64,000 nt of DNA, taken from positions 119,979 to 183,978 of the forward strand of contig CAVSGU010000007.1 in assembly GCA_963727565.1 (NCBI GenBank), given 5' to 3'. How positions within the stretch are numbered: position 1 is the stretch's first letter; every line of letters starts with the position of its first letter. The translations under genes and the position numbers were made by a program. The notes under the pieces were generated by a model. That model was not told the DNA's origin, made no database searches, and saw nothing but the letters and a program-made list of their open reading frames with translations. Source of the DNA: an uncultured Flavobacteriaceae bacterium (GTDB taxonomy: Bacteria; Bacteroidota; Bacteroidia; Flavobacteriales; Flavobacteriaceae). Shown one piece after another: positions 1 through 9,265 of the stretch.

Positions 1-615
1 TTTGGTGATGCTACAAACTCACTTATTTTAAAACATCTACACGTTCAGGAAGCACGGGTGGTGGTTATTGCGATTTCAGATCCTGGTGCTACAAAGAAGA
101 TTATCAGCAATGTGCGCTTATATACAAAAACAGCCTTTATAATTGTGAGAACCCGTTATGTACGGGAGATTGAAGAAAATATTAAACTGGGAGCTGACGA
201 AGTGATTCCTGAAGAATTTGAAACGTCTATCGAAATATTTAACCGGGTTCTAAAAAAATACCTGGTTCCATATAATGAAATAATGGATTTTACTGCCAGT
301 ATACGCTCTTCAGATTATGAAATGCTAACTTCAGTAAAAGGCAGGCCGCATAAACCTTCGCTGCAACATTTGCACATTCCAAACCGGGAAATCGTGACTT
401 TAAGTGTTCAGCAAAATAACAGGGATATTGTTGGTAAAAGTATTCAGAATTCTGGCATTGGTAAAAACTTTAGGGTTACCGTGCTGGCTATAAAAAGAGA
501 CACTCAGTATATTACCGAGATCCTCCCCGGCACTAAGATCAAACAGGGGGATTTATTATATATTTTTGGTAATCCAATAAACATAAACAGGCTAAACGAA
601 GAGCTTTCTTACTAG
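1..615 (+). CDS. C-terminal part of a CPA2-family cation:proton antiporter (KefB/KefC-like) with TrkA_N and TrkA_C (RCK) domains; 5'-truncated by window
   Basis: Frame is open from base 1 (FGDATNSLILKHLHVQEARVVVIAISD, RCK_N GDAT motif). GADEVIPEEFE follows, then an RCK_C-like tail (VTVLAIKR...IKQGDLLYIFG). Confidence 0.75.
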   Translation, partial: FGDATNSLILKHLHVQEARVVVIAISDPGATKKIISNVRLYTKTAFIIVRTRYVREIEENIKLGADEVIPEEFETSIEIFNRVLKKYLVPYNEIMDFTASIRSSDYEMLTSVKGRPHKPSLQHLHIPNREIVTLSVQQNNRDIVGKSIQNSGIGKNFRVTVLAIKRDTQYITEILPGTKIKQGDLLYIFGNPININRLNEELSY

Positions 616-800
616 AATTAATCAAGTTTAATAATCACGAATCCAGAGGGAATTAGAAGTTTTAAAACCTAAGAACCTAATTTCTACAAAAAGCTTTCTT
701 AAATAATAGCAAAAAATAGCGATGTGGTTAAACACATATTGGTGTTATAATTTTAAATAGATATCTTTAAAAATTAGATAACCTAACAACCAATAATTTT

Positions 801-2465
801 ATGTCTGTACTGCCCGATCATCTTCTGCGTTACCAGAAATTTATAGGCTTTATGCTAAAATACTGGAACAGCGATTTGTTTGCAAATACTGCTTCTAAAG
901 CAATGGATGGGAATTCAGATGATACCCAAAATTCTTACGATCAAACTCCGGAAGAACTGGTAGAGGATCTAAAAAATATGGGGCCTACTTACATAAAAAT
1001 GGGTCAATTGCTTTCTACCCGGCCAGACCTTTTGCCAGATGCCTACTTAAAAGCTCTGGCTACGTTGCAGGATGATGTTCCTGCTATTCCCTACGAGGAG
1101 GTTCACCATATTGTTGAGGAAGAAATAGGAACCAGAATCTCTAAAGCATTTGAGAGTTTTGATGAAAAACCACTGGCAAGTGCTTCTATTGGGCAGGTAC
1201 ATAAAGCTACCTTAAGATCAGGCCAACCCGTGGCGGTAAAAATCCAACGACCGGGAATTAAAAAACAGTTTCTTTCAGACTTAGACACTTTAAAAGAGCT
1301 TGCCGAGATGGCTGTTAAACACAGCGTTACTGCTCAAAAATATGCTTTTGATGATGTTTTAGTTGAATTAAGACGAATTCTATTACAGGAATTAGATTAC
1401 CATAGAGAAGCACAAAACCTAATTAGCCTCGGCGAAAATTTAAAAGAGTTTAAAGACCTGATTGTGCCGCAACCAATCCTCGATTATTCTTCGGGCAAGG
1501 TGCTTACTATGGAGTATATTGAAGGTCGCAAAATCACTTCTATTTCACCGCTAAAACAAATTGAAGTAGATTATTCACCTTTGGTAGACCAGTTGGTAAA
1601 TGCTTATTTACAGCAGGTAATTAATGATGGTTTTGTACATGCCGATCCGCATCCCGGAAATATTCAGTTTACAAAAGACGATAAAATTGCACTGATAGAT
1701 CTTGGAATGGTTGCCCGGTTTAGCCCGGCAATCAAACAATATATTTTAGAGCTTTTACTGGCTATAAGTAAAAATAATGGCGAAGAAACTGCTCGTGTGC
1801 TGCTAAGTATGAGTGAGATTACAGAAAACGCTAATCTAAAATACTTTAAAAAAACTATTAGTGATATTATTATGGATAGTGAGCATAGCAGGGCAAAAGA
1901 CATGCAAACCGGCCGCTTACTAATTCAATTAAACCGACTCGCTGCTGATAATGGGATCCACATTCCGGTTGAAGTAAATATACTTGGGAAAATTCTTCTA
2001 AATATGGATCAAATTATCGCGGTTTTAGATCCAGATTTTGATCTTCGGGATGCTATTAAAAGACATTCTCATAAAATAATGCGCGATAAAATGTATGAAG
2101 AGCTAAAGCCTGAAAACTTCTTCTCTTCTGTACTGGCATCAAAGAAATTCATAGAATATTTACCCGATCGGTTAAATACCATTTCAAAAAATCTTTCTGA
2201 AAATGAATTTGAAATTAAAATTAACGCTTTTGATGAAAAACGGGTTACCGATGGGTTTCAAAAAGTAGCCAATCGTATTACCCTGGGTTTAATTATAGCC
2301 GCAATGATTATAGGCGCTTCCATGTTAATGCAAGTGCCCTCAGATTTTACGATTCTGGGCTATCCCGGGCTCGCCATGATATTTTTTCTTCTGGCTGCCA
2401 TTGGAGGTATTATTCTTAGTTATATCATTGTTTTTAGGGACGATAATCTGAATAATAAAGATTAA
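801..2465 (+). CDS. ABC1/UbiB/AarF-family atypical protein kinase
   Basis: Motifs YIKMGQLLSTRPDLLP, LASASIGQVH, VAVKIQRP, HADPHPGN, LIDLGMV; two C-terminal TM helices. Confidence 0.9.
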   Translation: MSVLPDHLLRYQKFIGFMLKYWNSDLFANTASKAMDGNSDDTQNSYDQTPEELVEDLKNMGPTYIKMGQLLSTRPDLLPDAYLKALATLQDDVPAIPYEEVHHIVEEEIGTRISKAFESFDEKPLASASIGQVHKATLRSGQPVAVKIQRPGIKKQFLSDLDTLKELAEMAVKHSVTAQKYAFDDVLVELRRILLQELDYHREAQNLISLGENLKEFKDLIVPQPILDYSSGKVLTMEYIEGRKITSISPLKQIEVDYSPLVDQLVNAYLQQVINDGFVHADPHPGNIQFTKDDKIALIDLGMVARFSPAIKQYILELLLAISKNNGEETARVLLSMSEITENANLKYFKKTISDIIMDSEHSRAKDMQTGRLLIQLNRLAADNGIHIPVEVNILGKILLNMDQIIAVLDPDFDLRDAIKRHSHKIMRDKMYEELKPENFFSSVLASKKFIEYLPDRLNTISKNLSENEFEIKINAFDEKRVTDGFQKVANRITLGLIIAAMIIGASMLMQVPSDFTILGYPGLAMIFFLLAAIGGIILSYIIVFRDDNLNNKD

Positions 2466-2522
2466 GCCGTTTGGGTAATTGTGCATTTCAGTGTATTTTT
2501 CGGTTCTAAAAACTTAGACCAC

Positions 2523-4007
2523 ATGAAAAATATTTTTACCTCTCTATTTTTACTTGTTTTTATAGCAACGGCCTGGAGCCAAAAAGTTGAAATTCCTGTA
2601 GACACCACGGTAACTACAAAGCATTCGGTTACTATTAATTCAAAGAATATAGATTATACCGCTACCACGGGAATGCAGCCGCTTTGGAATAACGATGGCG
2701 AACCTATAGCAAGTCTTTTTTATACCTATTACAAAAGAAGTAATATAAAAAATACCGAAAATCGTCCATTGGTTATTTCATTTAATGGCGGCCCAGGTTC
2801 CGCTTCGGTTTGGATGCATATTGCTTATACAGGGCCAAGAGTTTTAAAAATTGACGATGAAGGTTTCCCTATTCAACCCTACGGAATTAAAGAAAACCCG
2901 CATTCTATTTTAGATGTTGCTGATATTGTGTATGTAAATCCTGTAAATACAGGTTTTTCCCGCCCTATTCCTAATGAAGAAGGGGAAGTTGATAAAGAAA
3001 AATTCTTTGGCGTAGATGCCGATGTAAAATATTTAGCCGAATGGTTAAACACATTTGTAAGCCGAAATAACCGATGGTTATCTCCAAAATATCTTATTGG
3101 TGAAAGCTATGGAACCACCCGTGTTTCGGGACTGGCATTGGAGCTTCAAAACAGCCAGTGGATGTATCTTAACGGAGTGATTTTGGTTTCCCCAACCGAA
3201 TTGGGAATTGAGCGTGACGGTCCTGTAGGAATTGCAAACAGGTTACCCTATTTTGCCGCCGCAGCCTGGTATCACGATGCTTTACCTGCAGAACTTCAAA
3301 ATAAAGAATTAAAAGATCTGCTGGAAGAAGTAGAAAATTATACTATTAATGAGCTAACACCGGTGCTCGTAAAAGGAGGTTTTACCGAAACTTCTAAAAA
3401 AGAAGCTGCAGCCGAAAAAATGGCCTATTATTCCGGAATTTCAAAGGAAGTAATTCTTCAAAATAATCTGGATGTTGACTATCGTTATTTCTGGAAAGAA
3501 TTAAAAAGAAAAGATGGTGTTACCGTGGGTAGACTTGACTCCAGGTATTTAGGAATAGATGCTAAAGAAGCCGGAGATTCCCCAGATTATAATGCTGAAC
3601 TAACTTCCTGGTTACATTCATTTACACCGGCAATTAATCATTATTTACGCAATGACCTTAATTTTGAAACCGATCTTAAGTATTTTATGTTTGGTCCCGT
3701 ACATCCCTGGGATCGCAGTGGGAACAATACCGGCGAAAACCTAAGACAGGCAATGGCTCAAAACCCAAATCTGGATGTGTTGATTCAATCTGGATATTTT
3801 GACGGTGCTACAACTTATTTCAATGCAAAATATACGATGTGGCAGTTAGACCAAAGCGGAAAATTAAAAGATCGCTTAAGCTTTAAAGGATATGAAAGCG
3901 GACATATGATGTATTTAAGAGCCGAAGATCTTAAAAATGCCAATGAAGATATTAGGGAGTTTATAGAGAATAGTCTTCCTGAAGAGGGCGCTCCTGCTAA
4001 ATATTAA
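2523..4007 (+). CDS. Secreted S10-family serine carboxypeptidase
   Basis: Signal peptide from ATG 2523 (MKNIFTSLFLLVFIATAWSQ); FNGGPGSAS, GESYG nucleophile and GHMMY His motifs. Confidence 0.9.
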   Translation: MKNIFTSLFLLVFIATAWSQKVEIPVDTTVTTKHSVTINSKNIDYTATTGMQPLWNNDGEPIASLFYTYYKRSNIKNTENRPLVISFNGGPGSASVWMHIAYTGPRVLKIDDEGFPIQPYGIKENPHSILDVADIVYVNPVNTGFSRPIPNEEGEVDKEKFFGVDADVKYLAEWLNTFVSRNNRWLSPKYLIGESYGTTRVSGLALELQNSQWMYLNGVILVSPTELGIERDGPVGIANRLPYFAAAAWYHDALPAELQNKELKDLLEEVENYTINELTPVLVKGGFTETSKKEAAAEKMAYYSGISKEVILQNNLDVDYRYFWKELKRKDGVTVGRLDSRYLGIDAKEAGDSPDYNAELTSWLHSFTPAINHYLRNDLNFETDLKYFMFGPVHPWDRSGNNTGENLRQAMAQNPNLDVLIQSGYFDGATTYFNAKYTMWQLDQSGKLKDRLSFKGYESGHMMYLRAEDLKNANEDIREFIENSLPEEGAPAKY

Positions 4008-4013
4008 TTTATA

Positions 4014-4154
4014 AATGTTTGGGAAGGATTATCTAAATTTCGTCATTCTGAATTTATTTCAGAATCTAAGTTGAATTATCTTTATTAACATGTTAGACCC
4101 TGAAATAAATTCAGGGTGACGATTAACCAGGATGAATAAAACTTCCCAAACATT
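4014..4154. repeat. Composite palindromic element: inverted dimer of CGTC-tagged REP-like hairpins (4041-4068, 4094-4121) inside a 13-bp outer inverted repeat
   Basis: aatgtttgggaag (4014-4026) and cttcccaaacatt (4142-4154) form a perfect IR. cgtcattctgaatttatttcagaatcta matches the reverse complement of 4094-4121 (cgtcaccctgaatttatttcagggtcta) at 24/28. Lies between convergent genes. Confidence 0.85.
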
Positions 4155-4167
4155 ATCATATACAAAA

Positions 4168-5463
4168 TTACTGCATCAAAAAATCCTTCAATTCAGCATA
4201 ATCTGAAATTTCGAAGGATTTTTTTTCTTTATTCATCGCTTCTTTTATTGAAGCCGGAATTTCTACCTTCTCTCCTATCACTTCTTCTACAGTTTCCAGG
4301 AATTTTACCGGATGCGCAGTTTCTAAAAACGTTCCGTAATATTCAGGGTTTTCAGCTAAAAACTCCTGGAGTCCCAAATATCCAACTGCACCGTGAGGAT
4401 CCATAACATAATCATACTTTTGCTTTACCTCTTTTATAGCTTTTCGCGTTTCTTCATCTGAATAACTAAAAGAAGAAAGTTGCTGTGACAGCGAATCAAA
4501 TTCATTGTCAAACAATTCCAGAATCCGAACAAAATTACTTGGATTCCCAACATCCATAGCGTTAGAGATAGTTTGTACGCTTGGTTTTGGAGTATATTCC
4601 TTAGATTTTAAATAACGTGTCACTACATTATTTTCGTTATTTGAAGCAATAAAATGATCTATAGGCAATCCCATTTGCTTTGCCAGCATCCCGGCACAAA
4701 TATTCCCAAAGTTTCCACTAGGCACCGAAAATGCCAGTTTTTCCTTCTTTTCAGCTAATTGTTTATAAGCGAAAAAATAGTAGAACATTTGCGGTAACCA
4801 TCGCGCTACATTTATAGAATTAGCGGAAGTTAATTGTCGTTTCTCACTTATTTCTGAATCAGAAAATGCTTTTTTAACCATATCCTGGCAATCATCAAAA
4901 TTACCATTTACTTCAAGCGCTGTAATATTTTGTCCTAAAGTAGTAAGTTGTTTTTCCTGAATTTCACTCACTTTTCCTTTAGGATATAAGATCACCACAT
5001 CTATCCCTTCTACTCCTAAAAAACCGTTTGCAACCGCACCACCGGTATCACCGGAAGTAGCCACCAATACGGTAATTTTACCTAGATTTCCTTTTTTCAC
5101 AAAATGCCCAAGACATCCCGCCATAAATCCGGCGCCCACATCTTTAAAAGCTAAAGTTGGGCCGTGAAAGAGTTCCAGGGTTCCGGTGTTTTCTGAAATT
5201 GGCACTACCGGAAATTCAAAATCCAATGTTTTTTTTAGAATTTCCTGCAGGCTATTTTTTTCAATTTCGTCTCCTACAAAAGCTTTTATGGCTTCAAAAG
5301 CGATTTCTTCTTTTGAATATTTATCCAGGTTTTGGAAAAAATCCTGGGAAAGCTTCGGAATTTCTTCAGGAAAGTAGAGGGCTTTTCCGGGAGCAAGACC
5401 TCTAACTACCGCCTCTTCAAAAGAAACTTTATGATTCTTATCGTTTAAACTTCTGTATTTCAT
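4168..5463 (-). CDS. thrC: Threonine synthase
   Basis: LELFHGPTLAFKDVGA PLP-lysine motif, ATSGDTGGA, SANSINVARW, VPSGNFGN; last gene of thr operon. Confidence 0.97.
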   Translation of the reverse strand: MKYRSLNDKNHKVSFEEAVVRGLAPGKALYFPEEIPKLSQDFFQNLDKYSKEEIAFEAIKAFVGDEIEKNSLQEILKKTLDFEFPVVPISENTGTLELFHGPTLAFKDVGAGFMAGCLGHFVKKGNLGKITVLVATSGDTGGAVANGFLGVEGIDVVILYPKGKVSEIQEKQLTTLGQNITALEVNGNFDDCQDMVKKAFSDSEISEKRQLTSANSINVARWLPQMFYYFFAYKQLAEKKEKLAFSVPSGNFGNICAGMLAKQMGLPIDHFIASNNENNVVTRYLKSKEYTPKPSVQTISNAMDVGNPSNFVRILELFDNEFDSLSQQLSSFSYSDEETRKAIKEVKQKYDYVMDPHGAVGYLGLQEFLAENPEYYGTFLETAHPVKFLETVEEVIGEKVEIPASIKEAMNKEKKSFEISDYAELKDFLMQ

Positions 5464-5561
5464 TTGTTTAAAATTTGTCCCCAGTTTGAGGAATTAGCTT
5501 CGGGCTTTCAATCATATCCCTGTGGGTTGCCATTTTTGCGTCCAGCATCATGCTGGTTTCA

Positions 5562-6485
5562 TTAGTTCATTATTTTTATTCCTTCCGGATTGATTTTCGA
5601 TAAATGAAGATCGAAATCTATATTTTTATCCTGGTAAAACTCCTGGAATTCGGCTTTCACCTTTTCCGCTACACTATCTCCTTTACACAAAGCAAAAACT
5701 GAAGGTCCCGAACCGGAAATACCAAAACCCAATGCTCCGTTTGCTGAAGCTAAGGCTTTCAGATCATCGAAATAAGGAATTAAAATAGAGCGCACAGGTT
5801 CTATAATTTCATCTTTCAAACTTCTACCTAAAAGATCATAATCCTGAGTATAAAGCGCACTTACCAGGGCTGCCAGGTTTCCCCATTGACTAATGGCTTT
5901 TTTTAATTCCACATTCTGCTTGATAATAGAACGGGAATCTCTTGTTTTAAGCTCAATTAAAGGGTGTAATATCAACATTCGTAATTCCGGCAAACTTGGT
6001 AAACTTAGTATTTCCAAAGGTTCGTAGCTCTTTACAAGACTAAAACCACCCAACAAGGCCGGTGCTACATTATCGGCGTGAGCATTCCCGCTGGCAAGGC
6101 GTTCTCCTTCCATGGCGAATTTTATCAACTCATTTGTGGAAAAAGGTTCCCCGAGTAATTTATTAATCCCGAATACAGCTCCGGTAGCACTGGCTGCACT
6201 ACTTCCAATTCCACTGCCGGCTTTAATATTTTTCTTTATTTCTATATCAAAACCCTGCTTTTCGCCCAATTCAGTTAATAAAGCTTTTGCCGAAACACCG
6301 GCTACATTTGCATTAACTTCTAAAGGCAAATCCTGACCGGTAATTTTAGTGATTCTTAATTTCTGTTCTGAATTCTTAGAAATAATCATCTCATCTCCAA
6401 CTCCATCTAAACAACAACCAAGAACATCAAAGCCGCAGGAAAGGTTGGCCACGGTAGCCGGCGCAAAAAGTTTTATTCTATCCAT
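5562..6485 (-). CDS. thrB: Homoserine kinase
   Basis: APATVANLSCGFDVLG, GHMP ATP loop GSGIGSSAASA, HADNVAPA, ISGSGPS. Confidence 0.97.
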   Translation of the reverse strand: MDRIKLFAPATVANLSCGFDVLGCCLDGVGDEMIISKNSEQKLRITKITGQDLPLEVNANVAGVSAKALLTELGEKQGFDIEIKKNIKAGSGIGSSAASATGAVFGINKLLGEPFSTNELIKFAMEGERLASGNAHADNVAPALLGGFSLVKSYEPLEILSLPSLPELRMLILHPLIELKTRDSRSIIKQNVELKKAISQWGNLAALVSALYTQDYDLLGRSLKDEIIEPVRSILIPYFDDLKALASANGALGFGISGSGPSVFALCKGDSVAEKVKAEFQEFYQDKNIDFDLHLSKINPEGIKIMN

Positions 6486-6488
6486 AGC

Positions 6489-8936
6489 CTATTTTTTTCC
6501 TATTCTTATCACATCGGCAAAAATTCCTGAAGCAGTAACCTCAGCTCCGGCACCGGCGCCTTTTACAATTAAAGGTTGTTCCGGGTAACGTTCGGTGAAG
6601 AATAATACAATATTATCGCTACCGCTTAAATTATAAAACGGATGTTGAGCATCTACCGATTGTAAACCAACCACAGCTTTCCCATTTTCCAATTGTGCTA
6701 CGTATTTGAGTTGCTCACCTTTTTCTTCAGCCGATTTATATATTTCCTGGAATTTTGGTTCGTCTTTCTTCAGTAATTCAAAAAAGTCTTCATTATTGGT
6801 AGTCGCTAAACTTTCTTCTGATAGGAAATCTTCACTTTCAATATCTTCCAATTCCATCTTATGACCGCTTTCACGGGCAAGGATTAGAATTTTTCGAGCT
6901 ACATCTACTCCACTAAGATCAATTTTAGGATCAGGTTCGGTATAGCCTTCTTTCATTGCCATTTCTACTGTTTTATAGAAAGGTTCTTCAGCTTTATACG
7001 TATTAAAAACAAAGTTTAAACTGCCTGAAAGCACCGCCTGGATCTTAGTAATTCTATCTCCGGAAGCCACTAAATTTTTAAGCGTATCTATAATTGGCAA
7101 ACCTGCTCCCACATTGGTTTCATATAAAAATGAAGCTCCATATTCCCTGGCCAGGTTTTGCAGCTCCTGGTAATTCTCAAAACTATCTGCGCAGGCAATT
7201 TTGTTACAGGTCACCACAGAAACCGAATTCGCTAAATATTCTTTATACCAGGCAGAAATTTCTGCACTCGCCGTGTTATCTACAAAAATGCTGTTTCGCA
7301 GGTTAAATGAATCCACTTTTTTAAAGAATTCAGCTTTATCAGCTTTCTCTCCTTTTTCGAGTGCTTTTTCCCAATTTTGGAGATCAATTCCATTTTCATC
7401 AAAAAGCATTTTCCTGGAATTTGAAAGCCCATGTACGCGAACTTTCAACCTTAAATTTTCCAGGAGAAATTTCTCCTGTTTTTTTAATTGATTCAATAGC
7501 TTACTTCCAACATTTCCAACTCCTGTAATAAACAGATTTAGTTCTTTAGATGGTACTTCAAAGAATTGCTCGTGTAAAGTATTCAGTGCTTTCTTTACAT
7601 CCTTTTTTGCGATAACGGCTGAAATATTTCGTTCTGAAGAACCCTGTGCTATTGCACGAATATTAATGTTATTATTTCCTAATGCACTAAACATTTTTCC
7701 GCTTAAACCGTGATGACTTTTCATCCTATCCCCAACCAGCGCAACAATTGCTACATTTTCTTCAATTTCTACCGGTTTAATTTTTTTATACTGAATTTCA
7801 ACCTCAAAAGCTTCATCTAAAGCTTCTTTGGCCAGCTCTGCTTCATCATCCTTTACCGCGATACAAATACTATGTTCTGAAGACGCCTGGGTGATCAATA
7901 CCACGTTGATATTTTCCTGAAAAAGTACTTCAAAAAAGCGCTTGGAAAAACCGGGAATACCAACCATTCCGCTGCCTTCAATATTCAGCAACTTTATAGA
8001 ATCTATATGGGTGATTCCGGTAACCCAACGAAAATTCTTTTCGGAAGACCTGGAAATTAAGGTTCCATCCTCATCGGGTTTAAAGGTGTTTTTAATACGA
8101 ATACTAATTTGTTTATCCAGCAAAGGCTGCAAAGTTGGCGGATAAAGCACTTTAGCTCCAAAATGTGATAATTCCATCGCTTCCTGGTAAGAAATATCCT
8201 TTAGCGGATAAGCGTGCGGCACAATTTGCGGATTTGCCGTATACATTCCATTCACATCTGTGTAAATCAGCACTTCTTTCACATCTAAAGCGGCACCATA
8301 CAAGGCTGCTGTAAAATCTGATCCGCCACGCCCAAGCGTACTGGGAACGCCTTGTTCATTTCTAGAAACAAACCCGGGAGCGATAAACAAAGAAGCGTCT
8401 TTTTCGGCAAAATACTTCTCAATATGAGTATTGGTTAACTGATAATTGACCTGTACTTTTTCGTTGGTGTTTTTACAAACAATCAATTCTCTGGAATCAA
8501 CATATTGAGAATTTACGCCAAGATTTTTAAAATATTCAGCAATAATTAATGAAGACAACACTTCCCCAAATCCAGAAACTACGTGTCGGGTTTTATTAGA
8601 AAGCTCGTTCAGCAGGTAAACTCCTTCGTACAAAGTTTCCAGCCTGTTAAGCTCGGTTTTAACCTTGCTTAAAATACTGCTTTGTGCCTGTACAGGAATT
8701 AATTCTTTTACTGCTTCCAGGTGGCGTTTTTCGTTTTTTACGAGCAATTCTTTATAGGCAAGGTCTTCTTTTGAAGCCAGATCTGCCATTTTCAGCAAAT
8801 CATTTGTCACCCCACCAAAAGCTGAAAAAACAACCAGGGTTTTATCTTCTTTTAAATGTTTCTGAACAGTTTTAGCTACGAGTTTTATTCGTTCTGGAGA
8901 TGCCAAAGAGGTACCTCCGAATTTTAGGACTTTCAT
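6489..8936 (-). CDS. thrA: Bifunctional aspartate kinase / homoserine dehydrogenase I
   Basis: VLKFGGTS, TLGRGGSD, ACT domains, GVGNVG Rossmann motif, YETNVGAGLP, GYTEPDP, GAGAGAEVTA; 815 aa. Confidence 0.97.
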   Translation of the reverse strand: MKVLKFGGTSLASPERIKLVAKTVQKHLKEDKTLVVFSAFGGVTNDLLKMADLASKEDLAYKELLVKNEKRHLEAVKELIPVQAQSSILSKVKTELNRLETLYEGVYLLNELSNKTRHVVSGFGEVLSSLIIAEYFKNLGVNSQYVDSRELIVCKNTNEKVQVNYQLTNTHIEKYFAEKDASLFIAPGFVSRNEQGVPSTLGRGGSDFTAALYGAALDVKEVLIYTDVNGMYTANPQIVPHAYPLKDISYQEAMELSHFGAKVLYPPTLQPLLDKQISIRIKNTFKPDEDGTLISRSSEKNFRWVTGITHIDSIKLLNIEGSGMVGIPGFSKRFFEVLFQENINVVLITQASSEHSICIAVKDDEAELAKEALDEAFEVEIQYKKIKPVEIEENVAIVALVGDRMKSHHGLSGKMFSALGNNNINIRAIAQGSSERNISAVIAKKDVKKALNTLHEQFFEVPSKELNLFITGVGNVGSKLLNQLKKQEKFLLENLRLKVRVHGLSNSRKMLFDENGIDLQNWEKALEKGEKADKAEFFKKVDSFNLRNSIFVDNTASAEISAWYKEYLANSVSVVTCNKIACADSFENYQELQNLAREYGASFLYETNVGAGLPIIDTLKNLVASGDRITKIQAVLSGSLNFVFNTYKAEEPFYKTVEMAMKEGYTEPDPKIDLSGVDVARKILILARESGHKMELEDIESEDFLSEESLATTNNEDFFELLKKDEPKFQEIYKSAEEKGEQLKYVAQLENGKAVVGLQSVDAQHPFYNLSGSDNIVLFFTERYPEQPLIVKGAGAGAEVTASGIFADVIRIGKK

Positions 8937-9005
8937 AAGTCAAAATGGTTAAATTAGAATGATTGTGTTTTAAAAAACAGGTGTGTACAGAAGCGCTATG
9001 TAGAA

Positions 9006-9116
9006 TTATACCCCAAAAGGGGTAATACGAATAATAGTCATGCCAAAAATGCCCAAGCCAAGAACGCTTGTTGAAGTGCGGAAATTAGTGTTTTTTGTAA
9101 TCTTCATTTTTGACAT
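9006..9116 (-). CDS. Putative thr operon leader peptide (36 aa, MSKMKITKNTNFRTSTSVLGLGIFGMTIIRITPFGV)
   Basis: Manually translated ORF ending 69 nt upstream of thrA. 6 Thr and 5 Ile, with a terminal MTIIRIT cluster. Hairpin tacccc-aaaa-ggggta (9009-9024) overlaps the last codons. Confidence 0.6.
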   Translation of the reverse strand: MSKMKITKNTNFRTSTSVLGLGIFGMTIIRITPFGV

Positions 9117-9127
9117 TATTCTGGTAA

Positions 9128-9159
9128 TAAAAGTATATATTTTCAGAGGTATTACAAAC
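9128..9159 (-). promoter_or_regulatory. Bacteroidota sigma70-type promoter for thr leader/operon
   Basis: Minus strand TTTG (9156-9159), 20-nt spacer, then TACTTTTA (9128-9135), one mismatch to the TAnnTTTG -7 box. Confidence 0.55.
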
Positions 9160-9208
9160 AAAAATGAGACTTTGGGGTAAGAATTATGAATTTCTTCTTA
9201 TTGGATAA

Positions 9209-9245
9209 AAAAAATACCCGATCATTAAAATAATCGGGTATTTTT
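9209..9245. terminator. Intrinsic (bidirectional-type) terminator downstream of AAA ATPase
   Basis: aaaaaatacccgat-cattaaaata-atcgggtattttt hairpin with A/T runs, 20 nt after the stop at 9266. Confidence 0.8.
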
Positions 9246-9265
9246 CGAACTGAATTATTAAATAC

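Noticed and set aside
4014-4154. CRISPR array
   Set aside because: Only two inverted copies, no direct repeats with unique spacers, and no cas genes.
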